Translations under genes and position numbers: made by a program
Shown here: positions 54,921 to 63,996 of the stretch, one piece after another
Position numbering within the stretch: the stretch's first letter is position 1
How the letters are laid out: each line of letters opens with the position of its first letter
NCBI GenBank assembly: GCA_043745805.1
Contig: JAYTSD010000008.1
Coordinates: 258,569-322,568, forward strand
Source: Fibrobacteria bacterium
Lineage (GTDB): Bacteria; Fibrobacterota; Fibrobacteria; UBA11236
Direction of reading: 5' to 3'
DNA length: 64,000 bases
The notes under the pieces: generated by a model
The model's database searches: none
What the model was told of the DNA's origin: nothing
The model's input: the letters and a program-made list of their open reading frames with translations, nothing else

Positions 54921-56786
54921 TTGCAAATGCAGGATCCTTTCATCGGTAAACGAATTGAGAAATGTCTCATTCAAAAACCAATTGGCCGAGGAGGTTATGG
55001 ATTAACCTATCTCGCTTATGATGAAGAATTACGTGAAGACCATGTTATAAAAATTTCCCAAGCGACTTCCGAGTTTACCTCGAAAGATCGTTTAACCTGC
55101 TTTATTGAGGAAGGCTTAATACTAAGTCGCCTCAAACACCCGCAAATTGTAACCATACGCTCCCAAGGGGAAGCTTTTCAGCATCGCTATATGATATTGG
55201 ATTATATTCATGGTTATAGCTTAAAAACGATTCTTGATCTCATTGATGAAAAGCAAGAGATTCACAACTGTGCTTGGGAAGAATTACTAGATCCCCTTAC
55301 GGCTACCGGATTTATACTATCCGCTTTATATCCCTTAGCTTATGCCCATCAAGCTAATGTGCATTTACCCGAGCGTGAAGTTTTTGGAGTAGCGCATCGC
55401 GATATTGCGCCAGGCAATTTGATTTTGGGAAATCGTGGAAATGAAAAAGGCCGGATTATTCTTATTGATTTTGGAACCGCCAAAACAGAAATTTCCGAAA
55501 TGTTTACCACTAATCAAAACTTGGTGGGAACCGTTCCATATATGGGAAAGGCTCGATTACAAAAAGCCACATCCGCCGAACAAATTACCGGCCAACATGA
55601 TTTTTGGCGGGAGTTTAAAGAAACCCAACATGACATTCATGCTCTAGGTGTTTTGTTTTTTCAACTTTTAACCGGTAAGTTACCCTTCGAAGGAGAGTCC
55701 TCTCCTCAAATTATTGTGAATATTCTTGACCCATCCCGCTATACTCAATGCTTACAGGAGTTACAGGATTTTCATCCCGCCCTTTTGGAGATTATCAAAA
55801 AATGTTTGGTCTATCAAGATTTTGCGCAACCTCAAAATATTCAACCCTATCAATACCCCAATGCCGTAGCCATGCTGAAAGATGTAGAAGCGGTGTTTCA
55901 GGAATTATCGGGTGGTTTATTAGTGGAAGAAGTGCTTACTAATTTTTGCAATAAAATTTCATATCCCGAAAAGCTAATCCCACAAGCTTATGCCAAGTTA
56001 CCCATTTCCTATGCCAATCCGCTTCCACAAAGCATTTCTATTAAAGAACCTACGAATCGGTACAAAACACTTTATTTACCCATCAGCAAAAAATCTATGG
56101 GGATTTATATAAGTGTGCTTTTTTTCACGGCTTTATGTTTTGTTGCCGCCCTATATTTTTATCAAATGCAAAAACATCAGGAGCAGCTTTTAAAAAAAGT
56201 AGTTTCACCTATTGAGCATTTAGAAAATCTGCAAAACCCAAGCAGTGAACCAAATAAACCAACTGCAATAGCTTTTCAAGCAAAATCGATGACTAAAGTA
56301 TTCGCGGAAAACATTTCGAAAGCGGAAGTAAAAAAAAATAATTCTAACACCCTTAAAGAAAAGCCAATAGCCTATCTCGATGAAATTAATAAAGCTGAAT
56401 TTTATCGAATTGAATCTATGGTACGAGAAGAACACCCTGAGGCCATGATGGCGGTTAATAATGCCTTACAAAGCCATGCCGAGTTACCGGATTTACTTTT
56501 TTTTAAAGGCTTACTGTTATACGGCCAAAACCATTCTTCTTCCGAAGCCCGACAAATCTTGGCACAAATAGCTGCACTTAAACCACGCTTCCTGCATCCA
56601 GCCATCTTTCGTGAAAATGTATTGTTACTCCTTTGGCAAATCGATTTAAGCCTATTTGAGGGCTTAAATACGCCTGAAAGCCGTATTCAACTCATTAAAA
56701 GCAGTAATATATATATCTCAGAATTTAGAGAGCTCCCCGCTTTCGCTTCCAAAGTTAAGGCTATTGAAGCTAAACTTCCTCAATGA
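54921..56786 (+). CDS. Serine/threonine protein kinase with a TM segment and a C-terminal extracytoplasmic helical (TPR-like) domain. The start is ambiguous (TTG 54921 or ATG 54927).
   Basis: Catalytic loop 'HRDIAPGNLIL', 'DFGTAK' and the activation segment 'VGTVPYMG' are present. TM: 'MGIYISVLFFTALCFVAALYFY'. Confidence 0.75.
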   Translation: MQMQDPFIGKRIEKCLIQKPIGRGGYGLTYLAYDEELREDHVIKISQATSEFTSKDRLTCFIEEGLILSRLKHPQIVTIRSQGEAFQHRYMILDYIHGYSLKTILDLIDEKQEIHNCAWEELLDPLTATGFILSALYPLAYAHQANVHLPEREVFGVAHRDIAPGNLILGNRGNEKGRIILIDFGTAKTEISEMFTTNQNLVGTVPYMGKARLQKATSAEQITGQHDFWREFKETQHDIHALGVLFFQLLTGKLPFEGESSPQIIVNILDPSRYTQCLQELQDFHPALLEIIKKCLVYQDFAQPQNIQPYQYPNAVAMLKDVEAVFQELSGGLLVEEVLTNFCNKISYPEKLIPQAYAKLPISYANPLPQSISIKEPTNRYKTLYLPISKKSMGIYISVLFFTALCFVAALYFYQMQKHQEQLLKKVVSPIEHLENLQNPSSEPNKPTAIAFQAKSMTKVFAENISKAEVKKNNSNTLKEKPIAYLDEINKAEFYRIESMVREEHPEAMMAVNNALQSHAELPDLLFFKGLLLYGQNHSSSEARQILAQIAALKPRFLHPAIFRENVLLLLWQIDLSLFEGLNTPESRIQLIKSSNIYISEFRELPAFASKVKAIEAKLPQ

Positions 56787-56902
56787 AGCGGAGTAAATGA
56801 AAAAAAATAAGCTTTTTTCTCATATGGCTTAGTTTTCGCTTTAAATTCCCGATGACTTTTAATACATTCTGCCCCAGTTTTTATTGAGAAACAAAGGAAT
56901 TT

Positions 56903-57337
56903 ATGTATTCAGTCATTGAAAGCGGCGGGTTCCAACACAAAGTGACCCTTGGTGAGACTTTGAAAGTTTCACACACCGATGCAAATGTGGGCGATGTGAT
57001 AACCGCCACCGTTTTGCTTTATGCTAACGGAAGCGAAGTTAAAGTAGGTAAGCCGCATGTTTCCGATGCTGTGGTTAAATTGGAAGTTCTCGATCAAGGT
57101 CGTGGCGACAAGATTATTGTATTCAAACGCAAGAAAAGAAAACGCTATCGCTTAACTCGTGGTCATCGTCAACAATATACTGAGGTAATCGTTACGGAAA
57201 TTGCTTGTGGCAGCGAAACGAAAACTATCGATGCTCCAACTAAAGCTCGCGCACATGCACGCATTGCCGCTTTAGCCAAGCAAAAAATTCAAACCCCAAA
57301 ACCTACACGCAAAGAAAAATTGGCAGCAGCCAAATAA
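56903..57337 (+). CDS. rplU: 50S ribosomal protein L21 with a basic C-terminal extension of about 40 aa
   Basis: 'MYSVIESGGFQHKVTLGETLKV...GHRQQYTEVIVTEI' is the L21 core. A Lys/Ala-rich tail follows. Confidence 0.85.
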   Translation: MYSVIESGGFQHKVTLGETLKVSHTDANVGDVITATVLLYANGSEVKVGKPHVSDAVVKLEVLDQGRGDKIIVFKRKKRKRYRLTRGHRQQYTEVIVTEIACGSETKTIDAPTKARAHARIAALAKQKIQTPKPTRKEKLAAAK

Positions 57338-57349
57338 TCAGAGGATAGC

Positions 57350-57619
57350 ATGGCACATAAAAAAGGTTTAGGTAGTACACGTAACGGCCGCGATTCTAAT
57401 CCACAGTTTCTCGGTGTCAAAAAATTTGGCGGAGAAAATGTTATCGCTGGTAATATCATTGTTCGCCAAAAGGGTACCAAATGGCATCCGGGCAGCAATG
57501 TAGGTATGGGTAAAGATTATACCATATTCTCGCTTATTGAAGGTAAAGTTCAATTTGAACGCTTTGACAAAACCCGTCAAAAGATTAGCGTTTATCCTCT
57601 CGCAACGCCTCAAACTTAA
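57350..57619 (+). CDS. rpmA: 50S ribosomal protein L27
   Basis: '[29 protein letters not shown]' is present. Confidence 0.9.
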   Translation: MAHKKGLGSTRNGRDSNPQFLGVKKFGGENVIAGNIIVRQKGTKWHPGSNVGMGKDYTIFSLIEGKVQFERFDKTRQKISVYPLATPQT

Positions 57620-57628
57620 TTCATATAG

Positions 57629-57660
57629 CCCCTTTCTTTCTTATTAGAAAGGGGTTTAGT
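57629..57660 (+). terminator. Rho-independent terminator after rpmA
   Basis: A 9-bp stem CCCCTTTCT/AGAAAGGGG with an 8-nt loop is followed by TTTAGTATTAT. Confidence 0.65.
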
Positions 57661-57666
57661 ATTATA

Positions 57667-60267
57667 TTGGCTATGCATCGGCTATGGTCACTACTCGCAA
57701 TTGCTTTATCTCTGTGTTTATTTGGTTGCCCCTCTGATCCCAAACATGAAAATTTTGACTATTTACGTTCGCCCTCTGATTTTAAAATTGATTCCGTAGA
57801 ATCAAATCATCCTTTTTGCGCGGAACTGCAATCCGAATTTCAAAATACTGAAGCTTGTCAAAACCAAAAAAAATTCCGCCTTCAATGGGAGCGTCCCGAA
57901 GATACCGTTGATTTTATTGGTTACTATATATTTTTGGATACCACGCCCAAGGGTAAAAGCTGGAAAGCCACGCAAGAACATCCTGAAGAGTTAGCCAATG
58001 CTCTGCAATTCGATACGCTAAACCGCGACCAAAACAATCGTGTACAAAGTTTGATTTTCTTTTTTGGGAATAAACCGAGTACTCTCATAAATTTAAAGGA
58101 AGAAAATCATCGCATTATTGCTTTGGATTCTTCTGGAAAACTTGATAATGACACCTTGGTTTTTGCAATAATTCCAAAGTATAAAAGTGGTAAAATACCC
58201 GGCCAACCCCGCTACACCTATATCATCACTTCCGATAAATTTAAACCCTCGCCCTTTAATCCTTTAATCGAAACCAAAGCTCATACTATAGAGCTTTTTT
58301 GGCAACGCCCCAATGATCCCACCAGTTTTTTTAATCCTAAAGCCGACTCGGGTATTATTACTCAGTACACCATTAAAATTGAAAAAAAAATTAATGCTAA
58401 TGCTAATGTGTTTCAAGGCTTGGAGAATGTTATGCTCAGCTATGTTATTGGGGGGAGTGGACATTCTACGCCAAAAGATTCCATCGTTCGAAATCTTGCC
58501 ACCGGGAAAGTCACAGCAAAATTGTTCTTTCTTACCGACAGTGGATATGCACATGCGAATCTCAAAAGTTCAAATGCCGATAGCATTCATGCTACTCTCG
58601 ATGGTTTAATTGCCCAAGATACCGTTTCTATTTTGATTTTTGCAACCGATGCCAGCGGCAACAATAATGAAATTACCAGTCAAAAAAATACCGTTATCCT
58701 TACAGATACCACGCAGCCAAGTAAACCCTTATTGCAAAAAAGCGATAGTCTAGTGAAACGAAATGAATTAATTATCAGTTGGAAAGCTAGTCGTGATTCT
58801 ATTCGCGATAGCCTAAGTGGAAAAATTTTAGAAGGCCCTACTCCCAATTTTAAAATTGCAGAGTATCATTTAACCTTAAAAACCAAAGATGATTTAATCG
58901 AGCAGGTATTGTTTACTGAAAAGCATACGAAAAATGAAATTTGGTCCGATACCTTAAAGTTTTTACCGCCAGGTACGCAATATGCCGTTTATTTATATTC
59001 CACAGATAGCACAGGATACGAAAGCCAAATTGATTCACAAATTGTGGCTACCCCAAAAATTATTTTTCAAGGAGCGGATAGTACTGTCGAATGTCCTAAT
59101 GGGTTTGTACCTATTGTAGGTGGACGGTTTACTTTGGGGAGTAATACCGGTGATGCAGATGAGCGACCAGAAAAAAATGTGTATATCAAACCTTATTGTA
59201 TTGAAAAAAACGAACATCGTGACAGTGGTAAATTTATTACTAATATCACTTATGAAGATGCAGTAAAATCCTGTAAAGAATTATCAACTGCCGACATGCA
59301 AGTGCAGCTTTGCACAGAAGCACAATGGGAACGGGCCTGCGAAGGCTCAGCGCAAGATACCCTCTTACATGGCATTCAAAGCGAAGGGAGTAATCATGCT
59401 ATTTTGCAAAAGTCTTGTAATCAAGCCGCTAATGATCCTGATATGGCTGCGGACTCCACCAAACGCAATAAAGTTTGTTTAACCTCCGAAGGTGTTTACG
59501 ATTTAGCCGGAAATTATTCTGAATGGGTTTTAGATGATTATGGCAAAGAGAATTATACAAAAACTCCCGATAGCATAAATGCCATGCCTTTAAGCGCCCT
59601 ACCCCTTTCCATGGATACGGTTCATCAGTATCGTGGTGGAAATTATTATTTACCCACAATCGGGATTACCCAAATTCAAAATTTAGCCCGCTGTTCAAAT
59701 CGCATTCCAGCCTTGCAAATAAGGCCCGTAGCCTCAGCGGAGTGTATATCTGATCATCCTAAAATTGTAATCATATATGATTCCTTAGCAGGCCAGCATG
59801 TCTGTCGAGATATTCCCGAGACATTATCTAAAAGAGGTATTATTGAATTTCGTCCCCATCGCGATAGCTCCAAGGTTTTGGTATTTTTTGCCAATAATAC
59901 TTATGATAGTATGAGCATCAATCTCAATAAACAAAGCGCGGAAAGCTTATATGTTAAACGTCGCCCTATAGCTGCACGGTTAACCACCGCATCTTTAATG
60001 GAAGTGACTTTTGTGAATGATTCGCGAAGCATAATTGATACGCTCGATGCCACAGAAATTAAAGACACCACTTCAACAAGTGAATTCCAAAAAGTTTTTC
60101 AACGCGAAGCGGCCCTTCCATGGAAGGGCGAGACAGATGCAAATGGGAAGTATAAAGTCAAATTTATTTATGCTTATGCTAAGTTGAAATCAAAAGTTGC
60201 TAAGCCTTACTATTCCAGTCGCGTCGTGGGTTTACGTTGTTGCGGTATTTTACCACCGCAAAAATAA
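57667..60267 (+). CDS. Large lipoprotein: FN3-like beta-sandwich repeats plus a C-terminal FGE-sulfatase (SUMF1/EgtB/PvdO) domain
   Basis: Lipobox 'LFGCPS'. 'FVPIVGGRFTLGSNTGDADERPEKNVYIKPYCIEKNE' and 'GNYSEWVLDDY' match the formylglycine-generating-enzyme-fold signature. Confidence 0.55.
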   Translation: MAMHRLWSLLAIALSLCLFGCPSDPKHENFDYLRSPSDFKIDSVESNHPFCAELQSEFQNTEACQNQKKFRLQWERPEDTVDFIGYYIFLDTTPKGKSWKATQEHPEELANALQFDTLNRDQNNRVQSLIFFFGNKPSTLINLKEENHRIIALDSSGKLDNDTLVFAIIPKYKSGKIPGQPRYTYIITSDKFKPSPFNPLIETKAHTIELFWQRPNDPTSFFNPKADSGIITQYTIKIEKKINANANVFQGLENVMLSYVIGGSGHSTPKDSIVRNLATGKVTAKLFFLTDSGYAHANLKSSNADSIHATLDGLIAQDTVSILIFATDASGNNNEITSQKNTVILTDTTQPSKPLLQKSDSLVKRNELIISWKASRDSIRDSLSGKILEGPTPNFKIAEYHLTLKTKDDLIEQVLFTEKHTKNEIWSDTLKFLPPGTQYAVYLYSTDSTGYESQIDSQIVATPKIIFQGADSTVECPNGFVPIVGGRFTLGSNTGDADERPEKNVYIKPYCIEKNEHRDSGKFITNITYEDAVKSCKELSTADMQVQLCTEAQWERACEGSAQDTLLHGIQSEGSNHAILQKSCNQAANDPDMAADSTKRNKVCLTSEGVYDLAGNYSEWVLDDYGKENYTKTPDSINAMPLSALPLSMDTVHQYRGGNYYLPTIGITQIQNLARCSNRIPALQIRPVASAECISDHPKIVIIYDSLAGQHVCRDIPETLSKRGIIEFRPHRDSSKVLVFFANNTYDSMSINLNKQSAESLYVKRRPIAARLTTASLMEVTFVNDSRSIIDTLDATEIKDTTSTSEFQKVFQREAALPWKGETDANGKYKVKFIYAYAKLKSKVAKPYYSSRVVGLRCCGILPPQK

Positions 60268-60327
60268 TTTTTGCCTTGCCTTAATTTTTTTTCCTTAAGG
60301 TTTTGTATTCCAATGCGGGTGACCTGC

Positions 60328-61443
60328 TTAAATACTTGTATGCGCCGCTTCCCATATTTTTTTAGGCAAGGAACTAATTAAATATTCCGAAATAGCCTTC
60401 CGCTTAACCCATATATAATTTTTGCCAAAAATTATTTTACTCGACGCAGCAATCCCCTTTGCCACTTTCAAATCAAATTGATGATGCGTAATCGCATGAC
60501 GTACTTTTTTATGGGCTAACACAAAGGGTAATATTGGTTTATCCGGAAACATTTTTGCCCAAGCGAGGGTTAAATCTTTTTTACTATCCGCTCTATGGAT
60601 ACTTGGTAAAATAGGAAAAGTAAATAAGCCCGCTAACAATTCTGGTTTTTGTGGCTTGCACATTAATACAGAATCTTTACTTTCCAAAACCAAAGCATAA
60701 CCTTTGATTTCCATTATTTTTTTCATTGGTTTTGCTGGAGGAAATTTCAACACCGATCCCTGCAAAAAGGCCAAGCATTTTTTTTGTAGTGGGCATAGTA
60801 AACAACTTGGATTTTTCGGCGTGCAAATCAATGCCCCAAATTCCATTAAAGCTTCATTCGCTAACCCAGGCGAGCTACATTGCGCCCATTCATGGGCATG
60901 GACCCAATAGATTTTTTTCTGTGCAGTTTCGTTGGGTAAAAAATTCAATGCGTAGAGGCGGCTAAAAACCCGTATGACATTGCCATCTAAAATTGGCTCG
61001 CGTAAATTAAAAGCTAGGCTAAGAATGGCTCCTGCGGTATATTCTCCAATGCCTTTAAGCTGTAATAACTCATGGCGTGTCGAAGGGATTTTACCTGCAA
61101 AATTATTTTCGATTTGCCGTGCTGCAGTCAGAATATTCCGAGCGCGAGAATAATATCCTAATCCCGACCATAAATCGAGTAACTCGCTTTCTTTAGCCTG
61201 TGATAAAGCTTGTAAATGAGGGTAATGCACTATCCACCGTTTGAAATAGTCTATTACCGTTATGACTTGCGTTTGTTGCAGCATAATTTCCGAAATCCAA
61301 GTCTCATATGGCGAGCGCATAGATTTGTTGGTCGGAAGGGCTTTGCGCCAGGGTAGATTTCTTTTATTCTGCTGAAACCATTTCAGCAGAGCTTTACGAA
61401 TAGGCTGTAAATCGAAACCCGAGTTTTGCTTTACGGGCGACAA
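60328..61443 (-). CDS. mutY: A/G-specific adenine DNA glycosylase
   Basis: HhH-GPD region 'LWSGLGYYSRARNI', the 4Fe-4S loop 'CTPKNPSCLLCPLQKKC' and a C-terminal NUDIX-like domain are present. Confidence 0.8.
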   Translation of the reverse strand: MSPVKQNSGFDLQPIRKALLKWFQQNKRNLPWRKALPTNKSMRSPYETWISEIMLQQTQVITVIDYFKRWIVHYPHLQALSQAKESELLDLWSGLGYYSRARNILTAARQIENNFAGKIPSTRHELLQLKGIGEYTAGAILSLAFNLREPILDGNVIRVFSRLYALNFLPNETAQKKIYWVHAHEWAQCSSPGLANEALMEFGALICTPKNPSCLLCPLQKKCLAFLQGSVLKFPPAKPMKKIMEIKGYALVLESKDSVLMCKPQKPELLAGLFTFPILPSIHRADSKKDLTLAWAKMFPDKPILPFVLAHKKVRHAITHHQFDLKVAKGIAASSKIIFGKNYIWVKRKAISEYLISSLPKKIWEAAHTSI

Positions 61444-61812
61444 CTATTTCGTTTCTGCACCGTTATATCCACCGCGTGGATCTCCAAAAATCGAATCCAC
61501 TTTATCGCCACGAAATTTTAATCCCGTAACTAAAATACCCCGCGCATTAATATATTCCCAATGCGAATCACTCTCACCGGTTCTATCTGGATTTCCATAA
61601 AGTTGATAGACCAACTCTTTATTCATGCCTGTGGCCACATACCCATCTAAAAAGGATTGTTTTACAAGTTCAGGGATACCATAACCATTTTGTACGATAT
61701 AGTCTTTTCTTTCAATGGCGGGCAAACCACGCGTAACTAATGGACGGTTATAAGTTGGGGCGCAAGCAAAAAGCAATGCCAAACTGAAAACTACAACGTA
61801 TTTTTTTTTCAT
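61444..61812 (-). CDS. Small lipoprotein, BamE(SmpA/OmlA)-like
   Basis: Lipobox 'LLFACA'. 'GMNKELVYQLYGNPD' resembles the BamE 'GMTKxQVxxLLGxP' motif. Confidence 0.4.
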   Translation of the reverse strand: MKKKYVVVFSLALLFACAPTYNRPLVTRGLPAIERKDYIVQNGYGIPELVKQSFLDGYVATGMNKELVYQLYGNPDRTGESDSHWEYINARGILVTGLKFRGDKVDSIFGDPRGGYNGAETK

Positions 61813-61869
61813 TGGAAATTCCCCCCCAATCTTTTTTTATTCTTACTTTAAAATATAAGTAATCAGCTC

Positions 61870-62790
61870 TTGAATGGATCCCACACCATGAGAATTCTCC
61901 ACAAACCTCAAACAACCCTTGCCTTAATATGGGGTTTAGTATTGCATGGAATATTTATGGTCTCCGCCGACAGCATAAAGCTTTTTCGTTTTGGGCCCTA
62001 TTTGGTTAACGATATTAATGCCACCTATAGCCCTGCAGGATACGATTATAGTTTAACCAATGCTACCTACCATCTACAATTAGGATGGGTCGAACCCATT
62101 ATTGCAAATCCACATTCTTTATTCAATGAAACTTATATCGAAACGAATGCCAACATAAACGTATCACCTTATGAAACCAGTATCGGAACTACTTTTAATA
62201 TAAAACCGTTACGTTACTTTGAATTTGGTTTAACCTATAATCGATTACTTTTTAATAATTCACTCATCTCCTTTAAGGCGATAGGAAATGATCTTCCTGA
62301 CTGGCGACCTAGGCAGCTGATGGATCAAGAAACTGAAGTTTCGGGAGCCGACGTGTTCACCTATCAATCCAATTTGATCTTTGATATACATCGATTAAAA
62401 CTGTTATTTTCGGCAGAGCGTGCCTTATGGGATATCGATGTCACAGGAAAAGATTTTGTTTATGAATATGAAAATGACATCCTGCTTAAATCCAATGATC
62501 GCATAAATATTTTTGTAGCCCAAATGATAGTCGACATCAAACCCTTTGCGCAAATCGGCTTAATGCTAAAAAATCAATATTGGTATATAGATAATACGGG
62601 CCTCGAAAAAAACTTAATCTCTTTTGGCATTACCGGTTTTAGGCATGGAATAAATCCCACCAATCAAAAACGCGGTTTAGATTTGTCTGTGGGTTATTGG
62701 ACAAAGCATCCACATATGCCGTCGTCATTTGCAAAGCATTTGGTTATACTTGCCGACTGGAAATGGGATATTCGTTTCTTCCAGCTTTGA
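61870..62790 (+). CDS. Hypothetical secreted beta-rich protein (possible outer-membrane beta-barrel)
   Basis: It has a signal-peptide-like N-terminus, alternating hydrophobic beta-strand patterns and a C-terminal '...DIRFFQL'. Confidence 0.35.
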   Translation: MNGSHTMRILHKPQTTLALIWGLVLHGIFMVSADSIKLFRFGPYLVNDINATYSPAGYDYSLTNATYHLQLGWVEPIIANPHSLFNETYIETNANINVSPYETSIGTTFNIKPLRYFEFGLTYNRLLFNNSLISFKAIGNDLPDWRPRQLMDQETEVSGADVFTYQSNLIFDIHRLKLLFSAERALWDIDVTGKDFVYEYENDILLKSNDRINIFVAQMIVDIKPFAQIGLMLKNQYWYIDNTGLEKNLISFGITGFRHGINPTNQKRGLDLSVGYWTKHPHMPSSFAKHLVILADWKWDIRFFQL

Positions 62791-63591
62791 CTATTTGATG
62801 GGTTCAATCTCAATTTCTATTCGATTTGAGAGTAACCTAGAAGCATCCCAAACCGTCCAGCCTTTACTGTAAAACTTTTTATCCCTTTCGCCATAGGAAT
62901 TCATCTCTATACTTTTTAAGCGATGTTTACGTGCATCATAAAAGATAAGGGATTTAATCCATACCGGATTTTTTTGGCAAGACATTTCAATATAGGTTAC
63001 TAAGCTTTGCTGTGATGGTTTAATGAAAAAGGAAAAACTGTAAAGACTATCTTGTATTTCAAATTTTTGTAAATTAGCATTGGCCACAAAATCGCAAGGA
63101 ATTTTATTTAAATCTTCATAAGTTAATAAAGAAGCAAAGGCCGATTTTTTCCATTGACGATTTGCAATGCGTCGTACACGACCACCACTCCCCTCTTCAA
63201 TCCATTGTTCACGACCAAAATACTTACTAGTATAAGTAGATTGCTGTAATCCTTCGCCTAAAATATATTGACGACTTCCTTGTAAATCATTCCAATGAAT
63301 TTCACCCCGCAAAGAATCTTGTCCCCAAAGATTATTAAAATGCCAAATGGTTTTTGCCGAAAATTCACCGCGATAAGTGTTTTCATTTAATTGGGATAAA
63401 ATTTTAATTACGTCTGCATCATTTAACGAAGCCGAAAAATTCAACAATGGAATACCTAAAATCAAAGCAAGGGTAAGCACCATGAGTTTCGGCGCTTGCT
63501 TAAAATTTCTTGAAGTATCAATTCGCATCTTCACTTCAGTATACCCTAATTTTTTAAAATGGCCCAGTGGCTGAAGGAATATGAGTCGCAA
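62791..63591 (-). CDS. Hypothetical periplasmic protein (LolA-like / outer-membrane lipoprotein-sorting-like fold is possible)
   Basis: A signal peptide follows an internal Met. The call rests on composition and length only. Confidence 0.3.
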   Translation of the reverse strand: MRLIFLQPLGHFKKLGYTEVKMRIDTSRNFKQAPKLMVLTLALILGIPLLNFSASLNDADVIKILSQLNENTYRGEFSAKTIWHFNNLWGQDSLRGEIHWNDLQGSRQYILGEGLQQSTYTSKYFGREQWIEEGSGGRVRRIANRQWKKSAFASLLTYEDLNKIPCDFVANANLQKFEIQDSLYSFSFFIKPSQQSLVTYIEMSCQKNPVWIKSLIFYDARKHRLKSIEMNSYGERDKKFYSKGWTVWDASRLLSNRIEIEIEPIK

Positions 63592-63603
63592 GTTTAAATT
63601 TAA

Positions 63604-63996
63604 TTAGGGGAAATATTTCAAAATTGCAAATATCAACACGCCAGTAACTGAAACATACCACCAAGTAGGTAAAGTCACTTTCGACCATTTGCGATGCGCA
63701 GGAAAATTCCCATTAAAAGCAAAATAAAAAGTGGTTAAAATTAAGGGCAAAACCACCACAGATAAAATAATATGGGAAATTAAAATGGAAAAATAAATGG
63801 GTCGTATTAAGCCTTGACCCATAAAATGCGAATCCCCATGCACACTATGATAAATGATATAGCACACCAAAAATACCGTGGAGGTAATGAAAGCAGCTAT
63901 CATACAAAAGCGATGAAAATCTTTTTTTTGTTGCTTAATGGCCACAAAACCAATGCTTAAAAATATCGCACTTAATCCATTCAAAGTCGCATTCAC
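63604..63996 (-). CDS. DUF420 family membrane protein; the N-terminus may extend beyond the window end
   Basis: 'NATLNGLSAI', 'HRFCM', 'YIIYH', 'SHIILS' and 'HRKWSKVTLPTWWYVSVTGV' reproduce the conserved DUF420 pattern (4 TM with conserved His/Arg). Confidence 0.55.
   Translation of the reverse strand: MNATLNGLSAIFLSIGFVAIKQQKKDFHRFCMIAAFITSTVFLVCYIIYHSVHGDSHFMGQGLIRPIYFSILISHIILSVVVLPLILTTFYFAFNGNFPAHRKWSKVTLPTWWYVSVTGVLIFAILKYFP

Noticed and set aside
56790-56830. A-run/T-run 'GAAAAAAAATAAGCTTTTTTCTC' after the Ser/Thr kinase gene
   Set aside because: The stem would be A:T only. It is not a convincing intrinsic terminator and may simply be AT-rich spacer upstream of rplU.
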